Source of the DNA: Eledone cirrhosa
Taxonomy: Eukaryota
NCBI GenBank assembly: GCA_964016885.1
Contig: OZ024740.1
Span: forward strand, 91,264,001-91,328,000
DNA: 64,000 bases
Direction: 5' to 3'
In this document: positions 31,228-44,864 of the stretch, piece after piece
Layout: every line of letters begins with the position of its first letter
How positions within the stretch are numbered: position 1 is the stretch's first letter
The notes under the pieces: model-generated
Told to the model about the DNA's origin: nothing
Seen by the model: only the letters and a program-made list of their open reading frames with translations
Databases searched by the model: none
Made by a program: the position numbers and the translations under genes

Positions 31228-32207
31228 CTGTCTGTGTGTTTGTGTGTGTGTGTGTGTGTGTATGGGTACATATGTGAATGAGGATGCAGCGCTAGGTATT
31301 GTGGCCATTACATTTAATAAAACACGTTTGATGACAAATTACTGACCTAGGGCAGGAAACGGATTACCACCGAAGACAACCACATCAGAGAGACTAAGAA
31401 CCCTACACAGCCCAATGCATAGTCTTGTATTTTTCTTTTACTGATTTCAGTCATTAGATTGCGCATTTTCATTTTTCCTTTCTACATTTTTTAATTTTGT
31501 TATTTTTACCTCTTTTATTTATGGTCATCATTTTATTTTCATTTTTTTAGTTTTTATTATCAATTTTATTATACTTAATGTTATTATACTTATTTATTTT
31601 TTGTATCTCACCATAATATTTTATTTTATTTTATTTTATTTTATTTTAATATTCTTGACATTATCTCCCACCCCTACCTGTTTCTTCCCACCCTTTCAAA
31701 TTTTTATATTTTTCTTTTCTTTTCTTCCGTTCCTCATTCTTCCCAATCAATTACGTCACCTATTCCTATGTATCATCCTTTACTCTTTAATTTCGAACCC
31801 CATCTACTGGACCCTTATCTTCACTGTCCACCATTAGAAAAGCTCAATATATCCTCTCATTTTATTCTACTTATTGTCCTTTTACATTTATTTCATCCTG
31901 TCCTCCACCATTCATTTCTTTATCCTCATTCTTTCTTTTACATTTCCCCATATCTTTTCTGATATATTCTCCCTGCAATCAAACAATCAAAACAAGGGAA
32001 AAGGTACTAATCTAAAGTGAACGAGAAAAAGATAATTAAAGGCTGTACGGAAATATCTACCGTCATTAAGAAAACCACGAGTGGTGTAAAATATAGAGTC
32101 GGGCGCGATCGATATGGATCGTATCATCAGCCGATCAATTGCCAAATGTGCCTCACACGAGAATAACTATGATGATGATATTTGAAACTCCATCCCTATT
32201 CATTATT

Positions 32208-32392
32208 GTGGATTGGCAGTATCGGCAGAGTGTCGGACGCCATGCTTTCCAGCATAGTTACGTCCCTTTACGGTCTGAGTTCAAATCCTGTCGAGGTTAA
32301 CTTTGCCTTTCATCCTTATGGGGTCGATAAAATAAAGTACCAGTAATGTAATAGTAATTGCTGGCCTTGTGCCAAAACTAGAAACAATTATT
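32208..32392 (+). mobile_element. SINE copy
   Basis: tctgagttcaaatcctgtcgaggttaactttgcctttcatccttatggggtcgataaaataaagtaccagt. Partial copies also at ~10950-11012 and 39435-39545. Confidence 0.8.
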
Positions 32393-33199
32393 ATATTTTT
32401 TTAAATTTATCTTGCTTTATGTTCATACAATTTATCACGAAATCAAAACCAGTAACCTCAATAGACAACAAGGTTCACCATGTTAAACACACACACACAC
32501 ACATCTATCTTTAGGTGTTTACACTTGTGATATACTTATATTGAAAGAATCTTCCTTACTATATGGACAGTTGCCTTTAGTACTTAATTTTTTGCACTCA
32601 ACGTTGAGATAGTCCTGGACACAGAGGAGGAGATGGCGGTCGCAAGACGAGAACGGAATTATCAGTCTCCCCGAAACCTCCAGCCGATTTGATGGAGGAG
32701 CAACAGCGATGCACGGTGTCATACTGCACAATTGTCACAAAATCGTGTCGTGTGGAGAGAGCAACGGAGACTCAAATACAAAAGACCTTCGTGACTGTGT
32801 GGGCACGGAAAACCCTTATCACCCGACCAAAACCACCATCACCACCAACAACACCGACACCACTAGCAACGGCATCGCAAACACAACGAAGTACACACAT
32901 CCAGCAACAGCAAAAAAGATAAAAGAAAACAAATCAAAACTCGTTCCGAATAATACATAAACTGCAATAAAAACATACAATTACACACAAGCATTACATA
33001 CAGCAAATACTACACATCACCAACACCATCAAATATACGACAAAGGTGCCAAGTAATTGAACTATATGTAGAACAATATAAAGCTATAAAAAGGAATTCT
33101 CCAAGGCGGTTGTGAATTTCAGAGAGGCACTGACAAACAACATATACACAGATATTGTGAACGAGGTGCCCCGACCCACCAAAGGGACAATTCAACCGC

Positions 33200-35512
33200 T
33201 CCTTCTCTAAGTAAGCAGGGTAAGTGATCCTTTCTCTCCCATCCCATTCCTCAACCAACATGGCCTTACTCAGAATAAGCAGTGTCAATGAACATAGATG
33301 TGGTGGCGATCAGCAAGACTAGAATTTCCGAGGCACGCAGCTTCGTAACCGTTCTCGGCGGTTACGGGTTGTACGCATATGTAAGACTTCCGGTGTCTGG
33401 AGGCGGAGTCACCGTATTATTTCGGAAAAGCCTGGATCTCGTCATACAGACCATCTTTCTGGACTCAGAAGATAAGTCTGTAGTGCTGTACGTGACCAGC
33501 AGTGAAGGCTATGACTTCATGCTAGTGGCTGTTTATGCGCCGATAGGCACAGGACGGCCAGATTTTTCAGATGTCTAGAGACCTTCCTGGCAACGTCCCG
33601 CTGTTAATTGTTAATGGGAGATTGGAATGGTATCTAAGATGCACGCTGGGACGATGTGTGTCTAGGAGATAAAGGAGGAGGAGGTAGAAGTCCTCACCAA
33701 CCTGCTCATACGTTTCCAATTGTTTTACAGGTACCGATTGGATTACCCGAACGTGCCAAAGTGGACATGGGCAAACCGCATCGGGTCATCCAGATCGTAT
33801 CTAGATGGAGTATTCTGTACGGAAGTAGAACAGATTAGCATTCATTGTCGACTAACGGACCACAAATTCCTGATCTTTTAAATTGACTTAGAAAGATTCC
33901 ATAGGCAAGGACCTGGTTAGTGGAAACCCAAAGCCTCCTTCCCGAAACAAAAAAACTAACAGAGATCAGGGTAGCAAATTAATTAAGCGAGCGTTGACGG
34001 GGCAATCCTCAACAACAAATGGTGGTTCGCCCTGAAAAGAGATCATTCACCATCATGCTCTCGGTCCGCCAAGGTTGTCCCCTCTTGTCCCTGTTGTATC
34101 TATTGACTCTCAAGCCATTACTGAACGAACTTGAAACGTTGAGGGGCATCCCGTGTGAACTTGGATGCAGGCGAACCATGTCAGCGTATGCCGACGACGT
34201 CACCGTAGTGGTGTCGAGCGCCAAACACATCGAGGCGATCGGCACTACACGAAGAGAATACGGTGACAAGAGGAACGATCAATCAGGGAAAGTCAGTGGA
34301 CTTTGAGCTTGGCACCTGGAGAGGCAGTTCGATGCCGTCCAACAGCGTCGACGGGCGCTGGATGAAGGTACCGCTTAATTTGCTAGGGGTCTGCTTCGGG
34401 CCAAACCTCCAGACGGACGAAAACTGGGACTAGCTGACGAGCAGCCTGGCCTTTCTACCCCAGAAATGGGCCGAAATGAAGCTAGCCCTGAAAGGTGGAG
34501 CGGAAGTGGCGAACATGTGTATTATCTACTACCGCCTGTTCGACGTGCCTCGTCCCTAGCCTCGCCTGACTGCGCTGGAACGTTTGCTTTTTCGCTTTAT
34601 GTGGAAAGGACCAGCTCCAATAACCAGTCGGGCATTGCGATCGGTCGAACCTCCATCTTGGCGGTCTATAGAAGGATAGTGGAGGAAAAGAGCGATGACG
34701 TCCTTGAAGAGACTCTGGGCCTCGACGAAAATCAACTAGCCAATTTCCTCGTAGGAAATTTCGGGCCGGGCCCATGGATAGCTTCCAGAAATCCTTGGCC
34801 TGGCTGTGCTACTGAAGATCTCTGCCTGTTCGTATAAACTCTATAGGCAGGGAAATGCTGTCAGCCGAACATGTCCAAGATGCCTGCAGGGTGACGAAAC
34901 CGTCCTGCAGGCACGTGTGGGTTTATTTTGAACATCTGCTGTCGCGTGTAGGACGGATCCGGCTATCAGCTGAGTTATACGTGAGGATTGCCATGGTAAA
35001 ATAGGTCGTATGTTGGATGCGTCTGAAAGGCTTGAAGACGGGTACGTTCCTCTTCGGTGAAGCCCTCGAAAACGTTTTCAGGTTTCTGCTGAAAAGGAAA
35101 ATCAGGGTGCATAGGGAAGTACTGCCTTCCAGCCCAGTTTATAGAAACGTGGTCGAGAGACCCAAGAATAATCATTATCAATGGGCCTGCCCTGAGTGTG
35201 TCCCTGTAGTATCGTAGGAGGAAAACTGGAAGACAGTGGTTTCCCTAGCGGTCTGGGTGACAGTGGCTTTGTTGTGGGCTTTCTCCAAGAGTGACCATCA
35301 GAAATCTCCCCACTATTGATAAATATTTCCTTGTTTCATTTTATGTTATATCCTTTGTTTTTCTTTATATATATATAATATTGCTTTTCTTTTTTTTTAT
35401 ACGCAGAAATAACCATTTGTGCCGGCCTCTACTTTTCTTGGCTGCCTTTAACGTTATACTTTATGTCAAAACGTGTGGTTAATAAAGAATGCATTACTAT
35501 TATTAATATTAT
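33200..35512 (+). mobile_element. Internally deleted, decayed Tx1/L1-type LINE (APE, RT, Zn finger, 3' UTR)
   Basis: DVVAISKT, GGGVTVLF, VAVYAP, MGDWN, TDH (APE endonuclease); VRQGCPL, YADDVT (RT); ATT tail. Confidence 0.85.
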
Positions 35513-35519
35513 TGTTATT

Positions 35520-35672
35520 TGAGTCTCAGTCATTGATGTTATTTAACTGGAATGTTTGTTGAAATGAATATCAAGCCACTACCTGCAACCTCAGATATAT
35601 AGGACGTATCGGAGGGTTCTTGCTGTTTCCAGTAAGCATGCCTATTGAAGCGTTCCAAAAAGCGGGGCGGGG
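35520..35672 (-). mobile_element. 3' end fragment of the R4/Dong-type LINE
   Basis: Closely similar to 37740-37885. Confidence 0.75.
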
Positions 35673-35679
35673 CCAATTT

Positions 35680-36345
35680 TCAGCCGAGCATGTCCGAAAT
35701 GCGCACAAGGTGACGAAACCGTCCTGCAAGCACTCGCTCGTCCAGTGTCCGAGCATTGCTGTCTTGTGGGTTTATGTCGAACACCTGCCGTCGCGCGTAG
35801 AACGGAGTCCATCGTGAGGATTTCTCAGCCCTCTACCTTTGGCCGGGAAGAGCAGGCATTTGTTATATGTCTGGTGGCCATGGCGAAGGAGATATGTGAT
35901 GGACGCGTCTGAAAGCGCTGAAGACGAACACTTACCTCTTAGGTGATGCCCTGATTAACTTTTTCGAATTTCATTTGAAAAGGAAAATCAGGATAGAGAG
36001 GGAAGTTCTCTGTCCCCAGCTTTTTGTTGAAAGATGGGTGAGAGAGGCAAAAATGGCCCGAGTGAATGGACCTACTCAGAGTATATGCCTGTAAATTGAG
36101 GGTGGAAAACTGTAGAGAGGACACTTTTCCTGGTGATCAGGGTCACCGTGGCTTTTCTAATGGGCTTTCTCCAAGATGGTCCTCGGCAGTTTCTCCCCTA
36201 TTCGGGAATTTTTCACTGTACTTTTATTACATCCTTTTGTTTTTTTTTACACGCAAAAATGCCCATTTGTACCGTCCTGTACTGTCCTTAATGTCTACTT
36301 TGGAGTAAATCCTTGTGGTTAATGAAGAAAGCATTATTATTATTA
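35680..36345 (+). mobile_element. Tx1/L1-type LINE 3' fragment
   Basis: Homologous to 580-1253; (ATT)n tail at ~36333-36345. Confidence 0.8.
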
Positions 36346-37722
36346 TATGCTCGGAGTCTGGTTCGGTCCGGACCTCCAGACGGACACAAACTGGGACGAG
36401 ATGACGAGCAGGGTAGCTTTTCTCACCCAGAAATGGGCCGAGAGGAAGCTATCCCTGAAAGGTCGAGCGGAGGTGGCTAACGCGTATATCGCGACTGTCA
36501 TCTACTACCGCCTGACCGACGTACTTTGTTCTAAGCCCTGCCTGACTGCGCTGGAGCGTTTGCTCTTTCACTTTTTGTGTAAGGGACGCGCTCTGATGGT
36601 CAGGCGGTCCATCTGCTGTAAACACTCGCTACGTGGAGGGCTGGGCTTGCCGTGGCTGATGATGCGCAGACACGTGCTCAGGCTACGACATCTCCACCTC
36701 TTCCTCGACGTTGATCAAGTGTGGTCTTTCCCCAGCTCGTCTCCTTGACGAAGCTGCAGTCCTGGGTCAAGCGAAGACCGAGAGGGAGCGCTTGGACACT
36801 GGAATGTCTTCAGGCGCTCACAGCCCTCGATCAATCGGGCATTATGATCGGTCGAAACACCACCGTGGCGTTCTATAGAGGATTAGTGGAGGAGAAGAGC
36901 GACGACGTACTTGGAGACGCTCTAGGCGTCGACGAAAATCAACTAGACAATCTCTTTGGAAGGACTTTCGGGTCGGGGCCTATGGTCAGCTTCCAAAAAT
37001 CCCTGGCCTAGCAGTGCTACCGAGAAGCTTTCCCAGTGCGGGATAAACTCTACAGGCATGGAGGTGCCATCAGCCGGTCATGTCCGAGAAGCGCGCAGGG
37101 TGACGAAACCGTCCAGGTCCGAGCATTGCTGATTTGTGGGTTTATGTCGAACAGCTTCTGTCACGTGTATGACGGATCCATCGTAAGGATTTCACCGCCC
37201 TCTTCATTTAGCCGGGAAGGGCAGGCAGTTGTTATCTGTCTGGTGGCCATGGCGAAAGAGGTGGTATGGTGGACACGTTTGAAAGGGCTGAAGACGAGCA
37301 CATACCTCTTCGGTGATGCCCTGATTAACTTTTTCAAATTTCATTTGAAAAGGAAAATCAGGGTAGAGAGGGAAGTGCTCTCTTCCCAGCATTTTATTGA
37401 AAGATGGGTGAGAGAAGCAAGTATGGCCCGAGTGAATGGGCCTACTCTGAGTATGTGTCTTTAAATTAAAGGTGGAAAATGGGGAGAGGGCACTTGCCCT
37501 GGTGATCAGGGTATCTGTGGCCTTTTAATAGGCCTTCTCCACAAATGTCCTTCGGAAGTCTCCCCCCTATTGGGGAAGTTTTCATTGTTATTTTTATTAC
37601 ATCCTCTGTTTTTTTACACGAAGAAATGCCAATTTGTACCCTCCTGTATTGTCCTGAACTGTCCTTAATGTCTACTTTATGTAAACCCTTTTTGTCAATA
37701 AAGAAAGCATTATTATTATTAT
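36346..37722 (+). mobile_element. Tx1/L1-type LINE, 5'-truncated, starting in the previous copy's tail
   Basis: LGVWFG, KLSLKGRAEVAN, GGLGLP motifs; Zn-finger region; (ATT)n tail. Confidence 0.85.
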
Positions 37723-37734
37723 TTTCTTTTTTTT

Positions 37735-39393
37735 TTAGTTTCAGTCATTGATGTTAGTTAACTGGAAAGTTTGTTGAAATGAATATCAAGCCACTACCTG
37801 CAGCCTCAGATATTCGGGACGGATAGAAGAGTTCTTGCTGTTCCCAGCAAGCATGCCTGTTGAAGTGTTCCAAAAAGCGGGGCGCGGTCAATTTTCTTTA
37901 ACCATCCCTGGAAACTTTTTGAGATAGTACCTAGTGTGCCTATGACAATCGGGACTATTTTGACTTCATGGAAGTTCCAAATATTTTTTACCGGCCCCTT
38001 TAAATCCTGGTATCGTTTAATTTTCTCCCTTTTTTTCTCTTGCACTCTCGTGTCGAATGGGCAGGCCACATCCACAATCAGGCACGATCTTTTTGTCCTT
38101 GTCCAAAACCACCAGGTCAGGTCTATTGTGTTCCAGTTTCTTGCCCGTCTGTATCCTAAAATACCATAGCACCTACACCTGAATGTTTTCTATCACCGAC
38201 TCTGGCTTATGCTCATACCCACTGCTCAGAATGTGGTAAATTGTTTACTTTGCATAGGTGCCAGTGGGTTACCCTGCCCATCACATCATGTCTCCAGCCT
38301 TTATAGTGAGTCTGTGCTAGGTGTTTACACTCGGATGCAATGTGAGCCACAGTCTCCTCTCCGCCCACAGATCCTGCACAGTGGGCTAGCCTCCTTGTAA
38401 ATATGGCTTTTCAGTCACTTCGTTTTGAGGGTCTGCTCTTGCGCAGCCATTAGCATTCCTTCTGTAGCCTTTGTGATGTCTCCTCTTGTCAAGTAGTTCC
38501 TTGTCTGTGGATCTCTGAATTCAGTTTTCTCAAAGAAGCTACTATGAAGGGATTTTCATGAAGGTTGCTGTTTCTCCTCGTTGTTATTTTTCCCTTGGAC
38601 TTCCCCTGGTCTATTGTTCTCTCCTTCAGTACAATTCTGAGCATTGGCTCCTTACTATCGGTCACGTATTTGTGTAGGTTGTTTTTTCTCCTTCTGAACA
38701 CAGTCCTCTATGCTGATAAGTCCTCTTCCACCTTCAGATCTCCTTAAGTAGAGTTTATCGACATAACTCATCTTGTGCAACATGTTGTAGATAGTCAATA
38801 GCTTCCTAGTCTTCCTATCCATTTCATTTTGTTCAGCAACATTCCATCACAGAATTCTCGCACTGTACCTAATAATAGACACTGCTCAGGAATTTTCTGC
38901 ACTTATGGCATTCATACTGTTCAGATGTCACTTTTATATGCTCCTTACTCTCCGAATGTATTCAGATCTTATCAATTCCTTCATTTTTTTGTTCTTGATG
39001 TCATCAGCCTTCAGAATACCCAAATACTTGTATCCTTCTTCGGTGTCAATTTCCTTTATCATCTCGCCTGTTGGTACCTGGATTCCGTGGCTTCTGCTCA
39101 ATTTATTCTTCTTCATCACAAGGACTCCACACTTACTAATACCAAATTGCATACATATATCATTGCTGAAAATACGGACAGTGTCAACAAGCACATCCAA
39201 CTCCTTCTCACTCTTCCCGAAGAGCTTAAGATCGCCCATGAAGAGAAGGTGATTGATGGTAAGCCCTCACTTTCCCAACTTGTATCCTGCTGTCACTTTT
39301 CGCAGTATAATGGTCAGGGGCATCAGAGCAAGGACACACAACAGAGGGGACAGTGTCAACAAGCACATCCAACGCCTACTCACTCTTCCCGAA
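37735..39393 (-). mobile_element. 5'-truncated R4/Dong-type LINE (RT plus restriction-like endonuclease)
   Basis: MGDLKLF (decayed MDDLKL), YKYLGI, CRIC..H..C Zn knuckle, PDL..DVACPFD..EK..RY.DL, IVIGTLG, LQQACLLGTA. (ATT)n on both sides. Confidence 0.85.
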
Positions 39394-39397
39394 TATA

Positions 39398-39428
<31 letters not shown>

Positions 39429-39668
39429 GTATTATCAAATCCCGCTGATATTAACTGTGCCTTTCTTCCATTACGGGGTCGATAAAATAAAGTACCAGTA
39501 ATACACTGGGTAATTGGTGGCTTTGTGCCAAAAGTAGAAACAATTAGTAGCATCATCATCATTATATGCATGTGTGTGTGCATGAGTCTATGAAGGATAT
39601 CTGTACGTTAAAAACCAAGAAAATATTTGCCCAAAGAGAGCGTATTTAATATAATTAATTATACTATA

Positions 39669-39699
<31 letters not shown>

Positions 39700-39705
<6 letters not shown>

Positions 39706-40554
39706 TATTTTCCGTTGTGTTGTAATATAAATATTACACACAGTAGATTATCAGCTCACGTAGAGTTTGCTCGACGGTTCCAGTTGTAGTCCCAAAAGTA
39801 ATCCGGAGAAAAATAGAAAGATTTGAATGGATACAGTTTAGTTGAAAGGAATTTATTGACACGTGTTTCTATAACAGTTACATAACCTAAAACAGCTATC
39901 TACAAACTTTTAGTTATGCAGACATTCAATATTTCAATGTTATTATTTACTGTCATTTCATCAGAATAATATTACTGAGGACCTATTTAGTTTTTATAGA
40001 GAATATTAGGAGGGAGGGGTGAAGTTGTTAGAAGAATAGTTGAAGGAGTGGTTTTTCGATAGCAGTGAGAATTCTTGGTGGCAGTGAGTAATTAGATTCC
40101 CATCTGTTGTTTTGACATTTTTTATAGAATATATTATTGGTTATTTTTCTAAATCTATAGAAGGATTAGAGATAGTGAAGATATGCGTGGTTCTTCACTA
40201 TCTCTAATCCTTCTATAGATTTAGAAAAATAACCAATAATATATTCTATAAAAAATGTCAAAACAACAGATGGGAATCTAATTACTCACTGCCACCAAGA
40301 ATTCTCACTGCTATCGAAAAACCACTCCTTCAACTATTCTTCTAACACCTTCACCCCTCCCTCCTAATATTCTCTATAAAAACTAAATAGGTCCTCAGTA
40401 ATATTATTCTGATGAAATGACAGTAAATAATAACATTGAAATATTGAATGTCTGCATAACTAAAAGTTTGTAGATAGCTGTTTTAGGTTATGTAACTGTT
40501 ATAGAAACACGTGTCAATAAATTCCTTTCAACTAAACTGTATCCATTCAAATCT

Positions 40555-40560
<6 letters not shown>
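39700..40560. mobile_element. PLE pseudo-LTR foldback with 369-bp arms
   Basis: 39813-40181 vs 40192-40560, about one mismatch seen, 10-nt spacer, (TA)n flanks. Confidence 0.8.
40404..40520 (+). ncRNA. Intact type I HHR (mirror copy on the - strand)
   Basis: ttatt-CTGATGA-a atgacagt..actgttat a-GAAA-CACGTG-TC-aataa (GUC site). Confidence 0.8.
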
Positions 40561-40596
<36 letters not shown>

Positions 40597-40598
<2 letters not shown>

Positions 40599-41480
40599 AG
40601 AAACGTGATGCGTGGTTGCAAATGGGTTACATATGAATACAGTTAGTCCTTCATCAGTGATGTTCCAACCATCATTTGTATTTCATCTCATTAAAGACCA
40701 TATACCTCCGGTTGGTGCGAGCAACGGCTAAAGAAAGTCGTTGGGACACGTAAATAAGGGAAACAAGCGAGAGTGTAAACAAACAAAGATTGTAAAGCAA
40801 CGAAATGTGAGGAAGAAAGAGTCAAGTCACAGATTTCCATGAATATAAGTTCGTATTCATATGTAACCCATTTGCAACCACGCAGCACGTTTGTTCTCAT
40901 ATTTACACATTCCCCCGCTGTGAACCGTCTATTTCGTTCTTACTGCTTCCTCTTTCTCTGTATCTTTACCCTCTCTAACAGTTACTCTCTCTGTTAGCCT
41001 CTTCCTCACCCTTCACTCACTCACTCTCTGCTACTACCTCTCCTTCCTTCCTCCCGTTTGACCTGTGTGTAATTCTTTTCTCGCCCACGCTTGACCAGGC
41101 TGGTTCCCCTTTTCTCTCTCTCGTCTAAGATTGCACAGAACTTATGTTCACAGAATTCACGGACTGGAGTACTTCTTCCTCCCGTTTTACCTGTGCAGAA
41201 TTCCTTCCTTGCTCACATTTCGACTAGGTTTGATGGTCTTTCTCTCTCGTTCACGATTTCACCGAACTTATATTCATGGAAATATGGGACTTGACTCTTT
41301 GTTCCTCACTTTTCATTGCATTACCATCTTTGTTTGTTTACACTCTCGCTCTTTTCCCTTATTTACGTCTCCCAACGACTTTCTTTGGCCGTTGCTTGCA
41401 CCAACCGGAGGTATAGGGTCTTTAAAGCGATTAAATACCAATGATGGTTGGAAGGTCACTGATGAAGGACTAACTTTATT
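40597..41480. mobile_element. Non-coding element with ~230-bp inverted repeats, inserted in (TA)n
   Basis: 40642-40852 is inverted relative to 41263-41473; related fragment at 61395-61492. Confidence 0.6.
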
Positions 41481-41661
41481 TATATATATATATATATGAA
41501 TTATCGGGAGTTCCTATGTAAGTTAATCTTGGAGTAATAATAGTGAAAATGTGAAGAATAAGATGGTAAACAGTACAAACAGTATTTTATTTACAGTATT
41601 AACAATAGAAATATTAAAACAATGAAATTAAACACACAACTGTTAATTCGTAATAAAACTC

Positions 41662-41774
41662 ATTATTTTACGATCGTTTCTGCATGTTCATTCAATTATT
41701 GAAAAACATATTACAATATATCATAGTAAGAAAAAATACATACGTCTTCACTACCCGCCGTCTTCAGAAAAATG
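41662..41774 (-). ncRNA. Type I HHR, same family as the 5.9 kb copy
   Basis: ttt-CTGAAGA-cggcg..-GAAA-CGATCG-TA-aaa. Confidence 0.65.
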
Positions 41775-41974
41775 TAATTGTTTTAATATTTCTATTTTGA
41801 ACGTGTATCCAATTGAATTATATCGTCGAATATTTTTGTATTTAAACTTTGCTTCAGGACATACGGATTACATTGAGTTCTTCATACGGTATAGACCCTA
41901 CCATTGAGCGTAGATTTATCTGTGTATTAACAATATATATATATATACATATATTCTTCACACTTTCACTACTA

Positions 41975-42430
41975 TTAGAATGGCAATATACCTGTATATA
42001 GGAGACGGGTGAATACTACAACAGTAAGAAAACACAATTCGTACCTGTGGTTAAAACCTTCTCCCCAACCCTGTCTCCGCCTCACTCTCTCTCTGTCTCT
42101 CTCTCTATATATATGTGTGTGTGTGTCTGATGGTAGATAATATGGTTCCATAGGCGGTGTGCCGGTTGAGTACTCTATGCTCTTACAGAGCAGACTATGA
42201 TAGAATAAAAAACGAAACATCAGTGAGGCATCTGAACTCAATATATTGTGTGTTACAATTGTTTCCCCGGCGGACAGCTCGAGACGCGATCTTTGTGTGG
42301 ATTTGCCTGATGTTGGACCCGTCTAATAATTTCGGAGCATATTCTCTCATGAGCTGTCCGCCGTGGAAACAATTGTAACACAATAAATTGAGTTGAGATG
42401 CAGCACTGATTTTTCGTCTTCTATTCTATG

Positions 42431-42496
<66 letters not shown>

Positions 42497-42620
42497 GAGA
42501 GAGAGAGGTATATATAGAGAGAGGCGCTGGGAGAAAGTTTAAACCACAGGCACGAATTGTGTTTTCTTACTCTTGTTGGATTCACCCGTCTCCTATATAC
42601 AGGTATATTGCCATTCTATC
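41975..42620. repeat. Nested inverted repeats (outer ~90 bp, inner pLTR foldback)
   Basis: 41975-42065 vs 42529-42619; the inner 42125-42430 matches the 9.6 kb family and carries GAAACAATTGTA. Confidence 0.65.
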
Positions 42621-43563
42621 TAACCAAACACGTCTCAATATAAGCTTTCCTGCTATTATAGGAATAGCAAAACCATTTCAATATCGTATAATAACCTGGA
42701 GGTTTACATATATTTGATTATATTCTTCCTTCCTATATAAGTTATTGCAATCTCATTTTCCTTTATTGAATCACTTGTTTCGTTTGATTCAATATTAACG
42801 TTTCTCCACAATAATTTATGTATTGTTCTAATCTTTGTTTCTTTGTCTTTTTCATTTTCTCTTCTTTTATAAATTTTTACATAGTATTTATTAAATTATG
42901 ATGATGATATGTGCAGCTTGATTCCGTAATATTGACTTAATTCATCATACATTTATATCGCTGGGGTAAAAAGTAATATTGTTTAATATCTCAGAATCCT
43001 GACTATAACTCCAGGCGTTCTGTATATGAAAATATTTTGTAATTCTCACTAACGATCTGTCGAACTTAATTTATCTATTACACATATTACTCCAGTTCAA
43101 TGGATGACGTGCATACACAACATATTATTCTATTAAAGTAATTAATTAAGTTGATTATTCATTTACTCTTTTACAAAAGTGACAAAATAGAATATAGTGA
43201 AAATCCACTCGTTAGCAGTAATGTGGTTTCATTGTTTAATTTATAAATCTGTCGTATAATTCATATTCAGTTTCTTACGACCATTCGTTTGATATATTTT
43301 CGAAAATATCCGATACGGTATATACACTATTACTACATTCACGTACATGATACACATCTTTAGAATGTATGTTTATAAATGAATTATTTTATTTGTCTTT
43401 TCATAATCATCTGCATATTTATTCCTTGATCTAAACCATAACAATACAATGTATTATGCATAAACATACCGATTGAATATGCTTCCTTATATAATCCATT
43501 TCAATGTTGAACCATCCTCTGTTAGTGTCACATATAATCACAGGCACACGCACACACACACAA

Positions 43564-43638
<75 letters not shown>

Positions 43639-43757
43639 AGGTGTCCCAAAATATATATACACAATCTGATTACCTGTACAGGCAATATTTATTACACTGC
43701 TCTTGAAGTATGTATACAAGTTCTGGGGATACCCCCCTCTCTGTCTCCCTCTTGTTA

Positions 43758-43881
<124 letters not shown>

Positions 43882-44065
43882 AATGTGAAGTCTAAGTCAA
43901 CAGGGTAAGGCTTGCTTCGTTTATTCACATTCGTTGCTATATATAGTTCAGTGATAGTCCTTAGAGGACTAACCACATACCAGGGAGCTAGACATGTCAA
44001 CGAATTAACACGGTAAAATCCATTACAACATCATGTTTTCCTCTTTTGTTATCTATAAATTCTTA

Positions 44066-44107
44066 CTGCCTGATGAATAATGGGTATCATTGAAATATAT
44101 ATAGCAG
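44066..44107 (+). ncRNA. Intact minimal type I HHR
   Basis: ctgc-CTGATGA-at aatg ggtat catt-GAAA-TATATA-TA-gcag; inverted partial copy at ~43885-43955. Confidence 0.8.
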
Positions 44108-44278
44108 CGAATGTGAATAAACAAAGCCAACTTGACCCTGTTGACTTACACTTCTTATTTTTACATCACTCCGGACCAAACAAACCAGCCTGCGCACTTG
44201 GTTGAGTGCTCCACCCTGCGTACTGAGAGGTGTTGGTAAACAACCAACGCATACTCAACATGTTATATAATATGTATA

Positions 44279-44328
<50 letters not shown>

Positions 44329-44364
44329 AATTACATGAATCAAAGTTCAGTTTAAATCATTTAT

Positions 44365-44413
44365 TTGCTTTCAATTGTTTCCTCCAAACCGAGGTTTGGT
44401 TTCTTCGGAGCAA
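44365..44413 (-). ncRNA. Decayed type I HHR
   Basis: ttgct-CCGAAGA-ccaaac/gtttgg-GAAA-CAATTG-AA-agcaa; stems intact, two core changes. Confidence 0.5.
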
Positions 44414-44864
44414 CTATTTAGTGATTTTTACATACTTGACCTCCTTTTCAACACAAGAGACATATAAAAACATATGTATATATTGACCCACAGTGGGTTC
44501 ACATCCATCATAATAATATAATAATATGGCAATTTACATACATTCATATTAAAGGACACAATTAAAGTTAAAATAAAAATTAAAATAAATAAAAATAAAA
44601 CTTTGATTCATGTAATTTACATACATTCATATTAAAGGACACAATTAAAGTTAAAATAAAAATTAAAATAAATAAAAATAAAACTTTGATTCATGTAATT
44701 TCAACTGATGTTATTACATTGAGCTATTTCTCTTACTGGTAATAAGATAGTAATGAATTACTGTCTTTCACTATTTAGGGTTTTAAATATATATAACTAT
44801 ATAAGGTTTTATTGTATACATAACCATAAATAGTATCCTTAATACGATATATATATATATATAT

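Noticed and set aside
41455-41480. CTGATGAAGGAC in the 40.6/41.4/61.4 kb family as an HHR
   Set aside because: No downstream stem II-GAAA-stem III in any of the three copies.
42620-43420. Additional decayed PLE RT on the - strand
   Set aside because: Only one suggestive peptide (ELQNIFIQNA) amid many stops; too weak to call.
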